DNA from: Trueperaceae bacterium
Lineage (GTDB): Bacteria; Deinococcota; Deinococci; Deinococcales; Trueperaceae
Reading direction: 5' to 3'
Assembly: GCA_965213925.1 (NCBI GenBank)
Contig: OZ243927.1
Coordinates: forward strand, 2,496,001 to 2,560,000
DNA: 64,000 bases
Part shown: piece by piece, positions 29,208 through 38,551 of the stretch
Layout of the letters: each line of letters begins with the position of its first letter
How positions within the stretch are numbered: the stretch's first letter is position 1
Program-made: the position numbers and the translations under genes
The notes under the pieces: model-generated
Database searches by the model: none
Told to the model about the DNA's origin: nothing
The model's input: the letters and a program-made list of their open reading frames with translations, nothing else

Positions 29208-30260
29208 ATGGACCTCCAGTTTATGAAAATCCTGATTGTCGATGACGAAGAAGTCAACGTTTTGCTTCTTAAAGGCATCTTGCAGCGGGCGGGCTTTACG
29301 CAGTTCACGGCGCTACGCAACTCGAGCAAAATCGTCGAGACCTTCTTATCCTGTCAGCCTGATTTGATCCTTTTGGACCTGCACATGCCGCAGAAAGACG
29401 GCTTCGAAATCATGGCGGAACTCGCGCCGTATCTCGAAGCGCCTAACTACCTCCCCGTTTTGATGCTCACCGCCGATGACCGCCCGGAGAACCGGCAACG
29501 GGCACTCAGCGAAGGGGCTCGAGACTTCCTCCCGAAACCTTTCGACAGCAGCGAGGTCGTGCTGCGCGTGCGCAACCTTTTAGAAGCGCGCTACTTTCAC
29601 ATGCAGTTGCAGAGCCAGAACGAGCGCTTAGAGAAGCAAGTTGCAGAGCGGACGCAGCAGTTGGAGGGTGCCCAAATCGAGATGCTCGTGCGCCTCGCAA
29701 AGGCGGCAGAATATCGCGACGAGGAGACGGGCGAGCACACCTGGCGCGTGGCGCATACCTGTTCGCTCTTAGCGCGGGAGCTGGGGTTAGGGGCTGAACG
29801 CGCCGGCATGCTGCTGCGCGCTGCGCGGCTCCACGACGTCGGTAAAATCGCCATTCCCGACGGCATCTTGCTCAAGCCCACGAAGCTCACGCCAGAGGAG
29901 TATAGCGTCGTCAAAACGCATACGACGGTGGGCGCGCGGCTCCTCTCAGGTGGACAATCTCCGCTGATGAAACTCGCCGAACTCATCGCCTTAAATCACC
30001 ACGAACGCTTCGACGGCTCGGGCTATCCGCAGGGCTTAAAAGGTCAGAAAATCCCTATCGAAGGGCGCATCATGGCGGTTGCCGACACCTTCGACGCGCT
30101 GACGCATGACCGCATCCACCGCAAGGCGTGGAGCGTACCGGACGCTGTGGTCGAGATCGAATCGCAAAGGGGCAAGCAGTTTGACCCAGCCGTCGTAGAC
30201 GCCTTCATGAGCCTTTTGGAGCGCGGCGAGATCGTCACGACGATGCGGGACGCGGCTTAG
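29208..30260 (+). CDS. Response regulator with HD-GYP phosphodiesterase domain (RpfG-like)
   Basis: REC domain (ILIVDD, LDLHMP, KPF); HDVGK and HHERFDGSGYP; start 29208 or 29223. Confidence 0.92.
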   Translation: MDLQFMKILIVDDEEVNVLLLKGILQRAGFTQFTALRNSSKIVETFLSCQPDLILLDLHMPQKDGFEIMAELAPYLEAPNYLPVLMLTADDRPENRQRALSEGARDFLPKPFDSSEVVLRVRNLLEARYFHMQLQSQNERLEKQVAERTQQLEGAQIEMLVRLAKAAEYRDEETGEHTWRVAHTCSLLARELGLGAERAGMLLRAARLHDVGKIAIPDGILLKPTKLTPEEYSVVKTHTTVGARLLSGGQSPLMKLAELIALNHHERFDGSGYPQGLKGQKIPIEGRIMAVADTFDALTHDRIHRKAWSVPDAVVEIESQRGKQFDPAVVDAFMSLLERGEIVTTMRDAA

Positions 30261-30462
30261 CAGATATTAGTAGACCAATCACCGGAAATCTCTCTATTTT
30301 GCCTCAACTTCATGACAGAGAAAGAGGCAAATGCAGTAGGGGGGATTCATGAATCTACGCCGCACATTCCCTCGTTGAGAAGAACGACTTTGAAAAATTC
30401 AAAGAGATTGAGCAGTACAAGGCGCTATTTCTACGTGAAAACTATGCTCGCGCAATTCAAGC

Positions 30463-30801
30463 TCAGTCTGACTTTTCAGTAGGCAGTTCCGCGTTTTTCC
30501 ACGCGAGGATGCCGCCCCCGACGTTGACGGCGTTATAGCCGTTTTGAAGGAGAAACTCGACCGCTTGGGCGCTCCGCGCGCCACTACGGCAATGCACCAC
30601 GACCTCTTCGCTTTTATCGGCGGGGAGGTCGTCTTCGTAGCGGCGCGTGAATTCGGACAAAGGCACGAGCTTCGCGCCGGGGATGCGCTCCTCGTCGTAC
30701 TCGTTTTGCTCGCGCACGTCGATAAAGAACGCGCCCTCGTCTACACGGCGCTTCGCTTCTAGCACGTCAATTTCTGGGACTTGATTCGGTTGCTTAGCCA
30801 T
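30463..30801 (-). CDS. Rhodanese-like domain protein
   Basis: IDVRE..EY..RIPGA, CRSGARS and GGILAW motifs. Confidence 0.92.
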   Translation of the reverse strand: MAKQPNQVPEIDVLEAKRRVDEGAFFIDVREQNEYDEERIPGAKLVPLSEFTRRYEDDLPADKSEEVVVHCRSGARSAQAVEFLLQNGYNAVNVGGGILAWKNAELPTEKSD

Positions 30802-30824
30802 TTCGCTACTATAGCGCTAAGTGA

Positions 30825-30966
30825 AGCATTTCAGTGTGTCAGCTAGTCAGCACCGTTCGTTCAGCTCGACTGAATTTCCGGTTTTTAGTTTTTCCTGACT
30901 GGCTGACACACCGACTAGCTGAAGTCCAATCAAGCCGGATGAACGGTGCTCATTGGCTGAAATGCT
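30825..30966. repeat. Nested inverted-repeat element with TCAGCTAG/CTAGCTGA units
   Basis: IR pairs AGCATTTCAG/CTGAAATGCT, GTGTGTCAGCTAGTCAG/CTGACTGGCTGACACAC and AGCACCGTTC/GAACGGTGCT; related sequence at 5409-5545. Confidence 0.7.
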
Positions 30967-31010
30967 CTTCAAACACCAAACCTCATCTGTCACTTCTTTA
31001 CACTGAAGAG

Positions 31011-31517
31011 GTGAACGATTCTACAGACCCCTATATCGAACGTATTTTCAGCGCGCTCGGAGACCGCGAACCGCTCACCGTCTTGGAGAGGACGCCGCGC
31101 CGCATTGAAGAACTTTACGAAACGTTCGGTGAGAGCGACCTAGAGCGCTCCTACGAAGCCGGTAAATGGAACGCTCGAGAAATCATCGCGCACTTAGCCG
31201 ACGTGGAACTCGGGTTAGGCTTCCGCTTTCGGCAGGCGTTAGCTGAAGAGAATTACGAACCGCAATCTTTTGACCAGGATATTTGGGCAAAACGGTACGC
31301 AAAGCTCGAGCCCTCTCTAGCCGTCGAGACTTTCCGCGCCCTCCGCGCTTGGAACTTGGCGCTTTTTACGACCTTCGAGCTGGTAGACTGGAATAAACAG
31401 GTAAGCTACCCCTTCGCAGGCATCGACACCGTAGACGCGATGGTGCACTTTCTAGCGGGGCACGACCTCAACCACTTGGAGCAGTTGGAAACCGTCGCCC
31501 GACTCTCGAAAAATTAG
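31011..31517 (+). CDS. DinB/YfiT-like protein
   Basis: GKWNAREIIAHLADVE and GHDLNHLEQL motifs; GTG start 6 nt after TACACT. Confidence 0.88.
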   Translation: MNDSTDPYIERIFSALGDREPLTVLERTPRRIEELYETFGESDLERSYEAGKWNAREIIAHLADVELGLGFRFRQALAEENYEPQSFDQDIWAKRYAKLEPSLAVETFRALRAWNLALFTTFELVDWNKQVSYPFAGIDTVDAMVHFLAGHDLNHLEQLETVARLSKN

Positions 31518-31617
31518 TGTGGGTGAGAGGTATTCGTAAATCTGGCTACATATCTTCTCACTCCTTTCACTCTAAAATCTATAGTGAGTAGTCGATTATT
31601 TGAGAAAGAGGTAGAAC

Positions 31618-32049
31618 ATGGCAAGTATCGCGGTTTCAGGTTGGGGTTTGACGGTTTTGCGCGTGGTGGTCGGTATCGTCTTTTTAGCGCACGGAATTGA
31701 CAAGTTCTTCATCACCGGTGTCGGTAATATCGCAGGCTTTTTCGGGCAAATCGGCATTCCGCTCGCCGGGCTCTCTGCTTTTCTAGTCGCGGCAATTGAA
31801 TTGGTCGGCGGCGCGGCGCTTATCGCGGGCTTTTTCACGCGCATCTTCGCGGCGCTCCTCGGGATCGTTGTCTTCGTCGCCATGCTACTCGTTCACGTCA
31901 GTAACGGCTTTTTCGCCTCGAGCGGTGGTATCGAACTCACCCTCACGTTGACGGCAGCGTGTATCGCCCTCGTCCTCTCTGGCGCAGGTGAAGCGGCGGT
32001 GCAGCGTGACTCGGTACCGACGCAAGACAGGGCGTCCGCAAGCGATTAG
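31618..32049 (+). CDS. DoxX family membrane protein
   Basis: LRVVVGIVFLAHGIDKF, ELVGG and GGIE motifs. Confidence 0.9.
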   Translation: MASIAVSGWGLTVLRVVVGIVFLAHGIDKFFITGVGNIAGFFGQIGIPLAGLSAFLVAAIELVGGAALIAGFFTRIFAALLGIVVFVAMLLVHVSNGFFASSGGIELTLTLTAACIALVLSGAGEAAVQRDSVPTQDRASASD

Positions 32050-32209
32050 AAGCGAGAGAAAAGGATTGAGGTGAAAGAGGAAAGTTTCTGCTCTCTTTTC
32101 TCTCAGTCCTTTCGCTTCGCGAAAACTACGTAATTCACCTCAGTCCTCGAGCCCTACTCTGTCCACCCTCTCACCTTCACGCAGCTTACATCTATGTTAT
32201 GGTCCCCTC

Positions 32210-32629
32210 ATGGCAACTGAACGTACCTACGCAATGGTTAAGCCGGACGGCGTCAAGCGCGGTCTGGTCGGGGAAGTGGTGAAGCGGCTCGAGCAAAAAG
32301 GCTTCTCTATCATTGGCATGAAGCTCATGCAAATCAGCCAAGAAACCGCTCAGACACACTACGGCGAACATGAAGGTAAGCCTTTCTTTGAGGACCTAGT
32401 CTCGTTCATCACCAGCGGTCCCGTCGTGGCGATGGTCGTCGAGGGCGAAAACGCGATCGGTGAATGGCGCAAGATGATGGGCGCGACGAACCCCAAAGAC
32501 GCCGAACTCGGCACGATTCGCGGCGACTACGCGACGACGATTGACGAGAACGTCGTGCACGGCTCAGACGCACCCGCGACGGCAGAGCGTGAAATCGGAA
32601 TTTTCTTTGAAGAGGGTGAACTGCTTTAA
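32210..32629 (+). CDS. ndk: Nucleoside diphosphate kinase
   Basis: KPDGV.RGL, GTIRGD and NVVHGSD motifs. Confidence 0.98.
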   Translation: MATERTYAMVKPDGVKRGLVGEVVKRLEQKGFSIIGMKLMQISQETAQTHYGEHEGKPFFEDLVSFITSGPVVAMVVEGENAIGEWRKMMGATNPKDAELGTIRGDYATTIDENVVHGSDAPATAEREIGIFFEEGELL

Positions 32630-32658
32630 GTCGTTTGCTCGAGGCTGCCGAGATACGT

Positions 32659-32696
32659 AACAAGGGGTTGCAAACAAGGGGTTGCAACCCCTTGTT
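32659..32696. repeat. REP-like palindrome AACAAGGGGTTGCAACCCCTTGTT with duplicated half
   Basis: Perfect 24-bp palindrome 32673-32696 preceded by a 14-bp duplicate; degenerate relative at 45200-45223. Confidence 0.7.
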
Positions 32697-32804
32697 TTAG
32701 GAACGTTCCCCATCTGACCTCTTGAAAGGCTAGGTGGGGTTCCTTTTTTGTCGCCTAGATTGTGTAGGATAAGATCAATACGGCATATATGAAAGAGGTG
32801 ACTT

Positions 32805-33968
32805 ATGCCCCAGCTATCCGAACGTATCCAAAAACTCAAAGCGTCCTCAACGGTTGCCTTTAACACCAAAGCCAAAGAGATGAAACGCGGGGGCACGGAC
32901 GTCATCGCGATGACAGCGGGCGAGCCCGACTTTCAGCCGCCCGAGCACGTCTTCGCAGCGGCGCATGAGGCGATTGACAAGGGTCTTACCAAGTACACCC
33001 CTGCCGAGGGTATGGCGGAACTGCGCGAGGCGGTCTGCGCGAAGTTCGAGCGCGAGAATGGGCTTTCGTATACCCCTGACCAGATTCTCGTGAGCACAGG
33101 CGGCAAGCAGGTTCTCTACAACGCATTCATGGCGATTTTGAACCCCGGCGACGAGGTCATCGTGCCTGCGCCTTACTGGGTCTCGTACCCTGCACAGGTA
33201 CAGCTTGCAGGTGGCGTCACCGTGCCGATTATGACGCGCCCGGAAGACGGTTTTGTGCCGAGTGTGGACGACGTACGCGGTGCGATTACGGATAAAACCA
33301 AAGTCATCCTCATCAACTCGCCCTCGAACCCGACGGGCGCGGTCTATCCGCCAGAAGTCGTCAAAGGGATTGTCGAATTGGCGGTGGAGCGCGACATCTG
33401 GATTTTTGCCGATGACTTGTACGAGCACCTCATCTACGAGGGCGAATTCACCTCTTGCGCCAAACTCGCTCAGGACAAGACGCTCGTGATTCACGGCGCG
33501 AGCAAGTCGTATGCGCTGACGGGCTGGCGCATCGGCTACGGGGCGGGACCCAAAGACCTCATCAAAGCGATGAACCGCCTTCAAGGTCAGGTGACGAGCG
33601 GCGCGAACGCGGCGGCGCAGTACGCGGTGATTGCAGCGCTGAATGAGGTGGAGAAGACGCGCGAATTTATCGACATGACCAAAGAGGCGTATATCGAGCG
33701 CCGCGACGTGCTGGTGGAAGGGCTCAACAGCTTAGGGTTAAAAACGCCCAAGCCTCAGGGTGCGTTTTACGTGATGGCAGACCTCACGCCTATTCACGAG
33801 GACGAGACCGAGGCGGCGATGACACTGCTCGAGCAAGCCCACGTCGGCGTCGTGCCGGGGACAGACTTTTTAGCGCCCGGTCAGGCGCGGTTTTCGTATG
33901 CGACGAGTTTGGAGAATATCGAGCGTGCCTTGGAGCGGATTGAGAAGTTGCTGCGGGTGCAAGCGTAA
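32805..33968 (+). CDS. aspC: Aspartate aminotransferase (class I PLP)
   Basis: GEPDF, NSPSNPTG and SKSYALTGWRIG motifs. Confidence 0.85.
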   Translation: MPQLSERIQKLKASSTVAFNTKAKEMKRGGTDVIAMTAGEPDFQPPEHVFAAAHEAIDKGLTKYTPAEGMAELREAVCAKFERENGLSYTPDQILVSTGGKQVLYNAFMAILNPGDEVIVPAPYWVSYPAQVQLAGGVTVPIMTRPEDGFVPSVDDVRGAITDKTKVILINSPSNPTGAVYPPEVVKGIVELAVERDIWIFADDLYEHLIYEGEFTSCAKLAQDKTLVIHGASKSYALTGWRIGYGAGPKDLIKAMNRLQGQVTSGANAAAQYAVIAALNEVEKTREFIDMTKEAYIERRDVLVEGLNSLGLKTPKPQGAFYVMADLTPIHEDETEAAMTLLEQAHVGVVPGTDFLAPGQARFSYATSLENIERALERIEKLLRVQA

Positions 33969-33985
33969 AGTTTGTCTCTTAACGC

Positions 33986-34490
33986 ATGACGAATCTTCAA
34001 GAGGTATGCGAGAAGCTTCTCGGTAATGCTGATTTGACACTTTCTGTGGAAAACTTGGAGGGTGTCATTAAGCTCGAGTTTCGTCCAGTTGGTTTTGAAA
34101 AGGTCATCACTTTTTTCTGTGAACGATTCACAAGGTTGAACCTCAGAAAGTACGCGGATATAGCAAGTATCATTTGGTTTGAGACGCTCTCACGATGTAG
34201 AACACCGTGCAGCACGCACATTTGAGAATGATATTTGCGCTATTCCAATCAGTACTTATGTTAATTGCTATAGTACAAGTGCTATCTTCGTGGGAAGAAC
34301 AGATTTGACTATCAAGGAAAACGAGCAGAGCGTTGCTGCTTTACGCATTGAGGACGGTTGGCTGGGCTTCAATCGCGAGCTGCTCAATCCGGTTGTTCAT
34401 CTCGAAACCGAAGGTGACGCAATGCTGAGTATTATCTGCGAAAGTTTCTCTTGGCAAGTGGGTAAAGATGAAGTACAGAAAGTGCTTTAA
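33986..34490 (+). pseudogene. Hypothetical 130-aa gene disrupted by a MITE
   Basis: Removing 34161-34272 fuses the ORF-track halves in frame (..KYAD|STSAIFVG..), giving a 393-nt ORF. Confidence 0.7.
34161..34270 (+). mobile_element. 110-bp MITE, copy 1, TA target duplication
   Basis: TA|TAGCAAGTATCAT ... ATGTTAATTGCTA|TA; TIRs match 11/13; homologous to 37599-37709. Confidence 0.8.
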
Positions 34491-34519
34491 CGCTCAAGGC
34501 GTAGAGAGGACATTGTGAA

Positions 34520-34825
34520 ATGAAGCGAGACATTCCACCTATCCATCCCGGCGAGGTGCTTAAAGAGGACTTTTTGGACCCTTTAGGGATAACCCAATAT
34601 CAACTCGCCAAAGCGACCAACATGCCCCAAGACCGCGTGAGTCATATCGTTAGAGGTAATCGCGCAGTTGCGGCGGACACGGCGCTGCGTTTAGGGCGCT
34701 TTTTCGGCGTTGAGCCGCAATTCTGGCTCAATTTGCAAAGTCGTTACGATTTAGAAACGGCGGAGGATGGGTTGGCGGGGAGCCTCGAGCAAGAGGTTAC
34801 GCCCTTCGAAAATCTAACGAGATGA
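34520..34825 (+). CDS. higA: HigA-family antitoxin (HTH, orphan)
   Basis: PIHPGEVLKEDFL, ADTALRLGRFFG and FWLNLQ motifs. Confidence 0.9.
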   Translation: MKRDIPPIHPGEVLKEDFLDPLGITQYQLAKATNMPQDRVSHIVRGNRAVAADTALRLGRFFGVEPQFWLNLQSRYDLETAEDGLAGSLEQEVTPFENLTR

Positions 34826-35436
34826 TTGATCCCACCACCTTCGGCATCTTCTTCGCCGCCGCTTTGACCCTCGCCGTCATCCCCGGACCCGGAATGCTCT
34901 ACGTCCTAGCGCGAACGGTGCGCGGTGGCAAGCGTGAGGGCGTCCTTTCGACGCTCGGCACAGGGGTTGCGGGGCTGCTCCACACCCTCGCGGCGGCGTT
35001 AGGCGTCTCGGCGGTTCTGGCAACGTCGGCGGTGGCGTTTGCCGTCATCAAATGGCTGGGCGCGGCGTACCTCATCTATCTCGGGGTGAGGATAGTGCTC
35101 GAGAAAGACATCCCTAAAGTAGACACCGAGAGTTTGACCTCTTCAAAAGGTGCGTTCACTCAGGGCGTCGTTACCGAAACTCTCAACCCGAAAACAGCCC
35201 TCTTCTTCCTCGCCTTTATTCCGCAGTTCGTCAACCCCGAGGGGGTCGTGTTCTTACAGTTCGTGACGCTTGGTTTTATCACGACGCTGCTGACGAGCGG
35301 GGCGGACCTCATTGTCGTGTTTGCAGCGGGGTCGCTGAGCGGGGTGCTCAAGAATCGGCGTGGTCGGAAGGTGCAGCGTGTGGCGTCGGGGGGTGCGCTG
35401 ATTGGGCTAGGGGTGTATGTGGCGGTGGAGCGGTAG
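34822..35436 (+). CDS. LysE/RhtB family translocator
   Basis: PGPG, GAAYLIYLG and LNPKTALFF motifs. Confidence 0.92.
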   Translation: MIDPTTFGIFFAAALTLAVIPGPGMLYVLARTVRGGKREGVLSTLGTGVAGLLHTLAAALGVSAVLATSAVAFAVIKWLGAAYLIYLGVRIVLEKDIPKVDTESLTSSKGAFTQGVVTETLNPKTALFFLAFIPQFVNPEGVVFLQFVTLGFITTLLTSGADLIVVFAAGSLSGVLKNRRGRKVQRVASGGALIGLGVYVAVER

Positions 35437-35504
35437 AGTCATTTTTAGAACATCAGCGAGCACTTGCTCTTATCCGCCTTCGCCCTGCTCTGCATCTCAG
35501 CACC

Positions 35505-35533
35505 TTGACACCGCCGCGTTGTGGCGATACGTT
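35505..35533 (+). promoter_or_regulatory. Sigma70 promoter of thi leader
   Basis: TTGACA-17 bp-TACGTT just upstream of the riboswitch. Confidence 0.7.
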
Positions 35534-35539
35534 AGAGAG

Positions 35540-35641
35540 GTCACCAGGGGTGTTTGGCTCGAGGCGTACGTAAAGTCCGAGCCAGGCTGAGAATAGACCC
35601 TACGAACCTGACCTGGCTAAGACCAGCGGAGGAAGTGTGAC
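35540..35641 (+). ncRNA. TPP riboswitch
   Basis: GGGGTG..CTGAGA..GACCC..GAACCTGA.CTGG.TAA.ACCAGCGGAGG, closed by GTCAC/GTGAC; lies upstream of thiB. Confidence 0.93.
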
Positions 35642-35680
35642 GGCGCACCGAATCTAGCTATAGCTAAACGTGTAGCCGCT

Positions 35681-35708
35681 TCCTTTCTGGTGACGGAAAG
35701 GATTTTTT
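35681..35708 (+). terminator. Riboswitch expression-platform terminator
   Basis: TCCTTTCTG-gtga-CGGAAAGGA-TTTTTT. Confidence 0.7.
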
Positions 35709-36794
35709 ATGGATAGGCTTAGAGCAGGACCGAAGATAGAAGGTGGAACGAAGAAAATAGGTTTCATCTTTTTTCTGTTTGTTCTCTTTCTTTCTTCAGC
35801 TTTCGCCCAAACCCTCACCGTTTTAACGCATAACTCGTTCACCTTGTCTGAAGAGGTCATCGCCGCGTTTACCGAAGAGACGGGTATTGAGGTCGAGTTC
35901 ATCCAAGGTGGTGACGCGGGCGAGACGGTCAACCGCGCCATTCTAACCAAGAACAATCCGCTCGCTGACGTGCTTTACGGGGTGGACAACAACCTGATCG
36001 CGAGAGCGGCGGGCGAGGGTATCTTTGAGCCTTACCGGAGCCCAGCGCTGGAGGGCGTGCCGGACGAGTATCTCTTTGCCGATGACCTCGTCACGCCGAT
36101 TGACGTGGGCTACGTCAACTTCAACTACGATAAGTCGTACTTTGCTGAAAACGAGGTGGCGGTGCCGGAGACCTTGGAGCAACTCACCGAAGAGGCGTAC
36201 CGCGGGCTCACCGTGGTGCAAAACCCCGCGAGTAGCTCGCCCGGTCTCGCCTTTATGCTCACGACGATTGCCAAGTTCGGGGACGGGTGGCTGGACTATT
36301 GGGCTGACTTGCGCGACAACGACGTGCAAGTGACCGACGGTTGGGAGGATGCGTACTACACGAGCTTCACCCAGTACGGCGGCGACAGACCTATCGTCCT
36401 CTCCTACGCCACCTCGCCCGCTGCCGAGGTCGTCTTCGCCGAAGAGGACCTCAGTGACGCGCCAACCGGCAACCTCTTCTGCGAAGCGTGCGTGTACCGT
36501 CAGATTGAGGCGGCGGGTATTTTAGCGGGAACGGATAACGTGGAGGCGGCGCAGAGGTTCATCGACTTCATGCTCTCTGAGCGCGTGCAGGAGGACATTC
36601 CCTTGAACATGTACGTCTATCCCGTGATCGACAACGCCACCTTGCCCGATGTCTTCGAGCAGTACGCGCAGACGCCCGGCGCTGAGCAGATTGCGGCGCT
36701 ACCCTCCGCAGAGATAGAGGCGAACCTCTCGGAGTGGTTGGACGCTTGGACCCAGGTGGTGCAGCAGGGACGGGAGCCAGAAGAGGTGCGCTGA
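35709..36794 (+). CDS. thiB: Thiamine ABC transporter substrate-binding protein
   Basis: THNSF, ADVLYGVDN, SSPGLAF, LSYATSPAAE and YRQIE motifs; downstream of the TPP riboswitch; start uncertain. Confidence 0.9.
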   Translation: MDRLRAGPKIEGGTKKIGFIFFLFVLFLSSAFAQTLTVLTHNSFTLSEEVIAAFTEETGIEVEFIQGGDAGETVNRAILTKNNPLADVLYGVDNNLIARAAGEGIFEPYRSPALEGVPDEYLFADDLVTPIDVGYVNFNYDKSYFAENEVAVPETLEQLTEEAYRGLTVVQNPASSSPGLAFMLTTIAKFGDGWLDYWADLRDNDVQVTDGWEDAYYTSFTQYGGDRPIVLSYATSPAAEVVFAEEDLSDAPTGNLFCEACVYRQIEAAGILAGTDNVEAAQRFIDFMLSERVQEDIPLNMYVYPVIDNATLPDVFEQYAQTPGAEQIAALPSAEIEANLSEWLDAWTQVVQQGREPEEVR

Positions 36795-36987
36795 GAGGCA
36801 CTGTTCAAGCTCCTCGCCCGCCGCGTTGCCACAATAAGGTGAGACAAACTGCGTCCTAATCCCTCTTTATGCCCCCTCACGGTTTCGTATACTGGACGGA
36901 CCTTTGGGGAAAGGTCATAGGGGGTAAAGGATGAATATAGTACGTAGAAAGGTGAGGTTGCTCAAGCGCAACCTCACGCACTAGCAG

Positions 36988-37548
36988 ATGGAAGCCAGCC
37001 AAAACCAAAGAGCCTCGCGCCGCGAGAAGTTCGAGCGCGTCGAGAAGAAGTTTCGCTCGGTAGGCAACCGCTGGGCGCTTATCGGCGGCCTCTTGACGGT
37101 AGGCATCTCCCTGGCGATACGTTTCTTCGTCGGTCATATTTACGGTAGCGCGGAGGCGGTCAATCTCATTCAAGCGCTCGCAGATTCGTCGCTCTACTTA
37201 GGCGCAGCCATCGCCACCTCGTCCGCCACGATCCTCGCGCTTATGCTCACCATTCTCGGGCTCGCGAGAGACGCCACGAACGATTTCGGCATGAAGCTCT
37301 ACCACCGCATCGACGTGATCGGGCTTTTAAGCGCCATCTCGCTCTGCGGCGCGATTCTACTCTTGCTTCTGCTCAGCTTGCCCGTCGGTCAGTTCGATAA
37401 CCTGGCGTCCTGGTGGTTTACCGGGCTCTATTACGCTCTAGTCGTACTTATCGCGGGCTTGTCGGGGCTCCTCATCAGCACGATTCTGATGCTCTTTAGC
37501 ACCATCCGCAGCATTATCGCGACGCTGACGCCGACCGATGAGGTGTAG
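36988..37548 (+). CDS. Hypothetical membrane protein (about 4 TM)
   Basis: Four hydrophobic segments; host-like codon usage. Confidence 0.7.
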   Translation: MEASQNQRASRREKFERVEKKFRSVGNRWALIGGLLTVGISLAIRFFVGHIYGSAEAVNLIQALADSSLYLGAAIATSSATILALMLTILGLARDATNDFGMKLYHRIDVIGLLSAISLCGAILLLLLLSLPVGQFDNLASWWFTGLYYALVVLIAGLSGLLISTILMLFSTIRSIIATLTPTDEV

Positions 37549-37598
37549 GTAGTAGCGCACGAAGGCCTTCGCGAGTTAAAGTTGCGAAGACCCTTGTA

Positions 37599-37709
37599 TA
37601 GCGGTTATCGGAAGTATTGGAGCGAAATGGCGCAGGTATCATCACTTGAAGTGCATGCTACACGATGTTCTATAACGTGAGGTTGGTTCAAACCAGATGA
37701 TACCTGCTA
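37599..37709 (-). mobile_element. 111-bp MITE, copy 2 (reverse), TA target duplication
   Basis: Reverse complement TAGCAGGTATCATCTGGTTTGA..CTCACGTTATAGAACATCGTG..GATAACCGCTA aligns end to end with copy 1; TA on both sides. Confidence 0.8.
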
Positions 37710-37743
37710 TATCGGACCTCATGCTAAAGCGGTAAAGTTGGGC

Positions 37744-38550
37744 ATGACAAACTCAGACTCGAGTGTCGTCCTCATCACCGGAGCTTCAGCGGGCATCGGG
37801 CGCGTCACGGCGGAGAAACTCGCTTTACGGGGCTACCGCGTATTCGGGACGAGTCGCAAACCGGAGGGGCGAGTCGCGGGCGCAGAGATGCTCGAGCTGG
37901 ATGTGCGCTCCGACGGCTCCGCGAAAGAATGTTTGGATACCCTCCTGAGCCGTGCGGGTCGCTTGGACGTGCTCATCAACAACGCGGGCTACGGGCTCTA
38001 CGGCGCGGCGGAAGAGACCTCTATGGCGGAGGCGAAGGCGCAGTTCGAAACGAACTTCTTCGGCGTGCTGCGCGTGACTAACGCCGCTTTGCCCGCAATG
38101 CGCGAGCGGCGGCGCGGCAAAGTCATTAACATAGGCTCCTTAGCAGGGGTGTTTGGCGTGCCGTGCCACACGCTCTACTCGGCGAGCAAGTTTGCTTTAG
38201 AAGGCTATAGCGAAGGGTTACGCTACGAGCTAGAGGCTTTTGACATCTCCGTATCCTTAGTCGAGCTGAGCTACACCAACACCTCATTTGCCGCCTCGAT
38301 CAACTATCCCGAGCAGACTTTAGGTGCGTATGACCTGATGCGAAAAAAGGTCACAGAGTATTCGCTCAAGGCGCTAGAGCAAGGCGACGAGCCCGAAGGC
38401 GTCGCTAAGGTCATCGTCCGCATCGTCGGCGAGGACAAGCCTAAACTCCGCTACCGGGTGGGCTCACAAACTGCGCTGCTCGCCCTAGCCAAGCGCCTCT
38501 CGCCGCACGCGCTGATCGAATCGGTGATGCGGCGGCGCTATTCGCTCTAA
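37744..38550 (+). CDS. Short-chain dehydrogenase/reductase
   Basis: TGASAGIG, NNAG and YSASK motifs. Confidence 0.92.
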   Translation: MTNSDSSVVLITGASAGIGRVTAEKLALRGYRVFGTSRKPEGRVAGAEMLELDVRSDGSAKECLDTLLSRAGRLDVLINNAGYGLYGAAEETSMAEAKAQFETNFFGVLRVTNAALPAMRERRRGKVINIGSLAGVFGVPCHTLYSASKFALEGYSEGLRYELEAFDISVSLVELSYTNTSFAASINYPEQTLGAYDLMRKKVTEYSLKALEQGDEPEGVAKVIVRIVGEDKPKLRYRVGSQTALLALAKRLSPHALIESVMRRRYSL

Positions 38551-38551
38551 G

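Noticed and set aside
30834..31010. N-terminal extension of the DinB ORF in the ORF track
   Set aside because: It runs through the inverted-repeat element; a leaderless GTG start at 31011 fits better.
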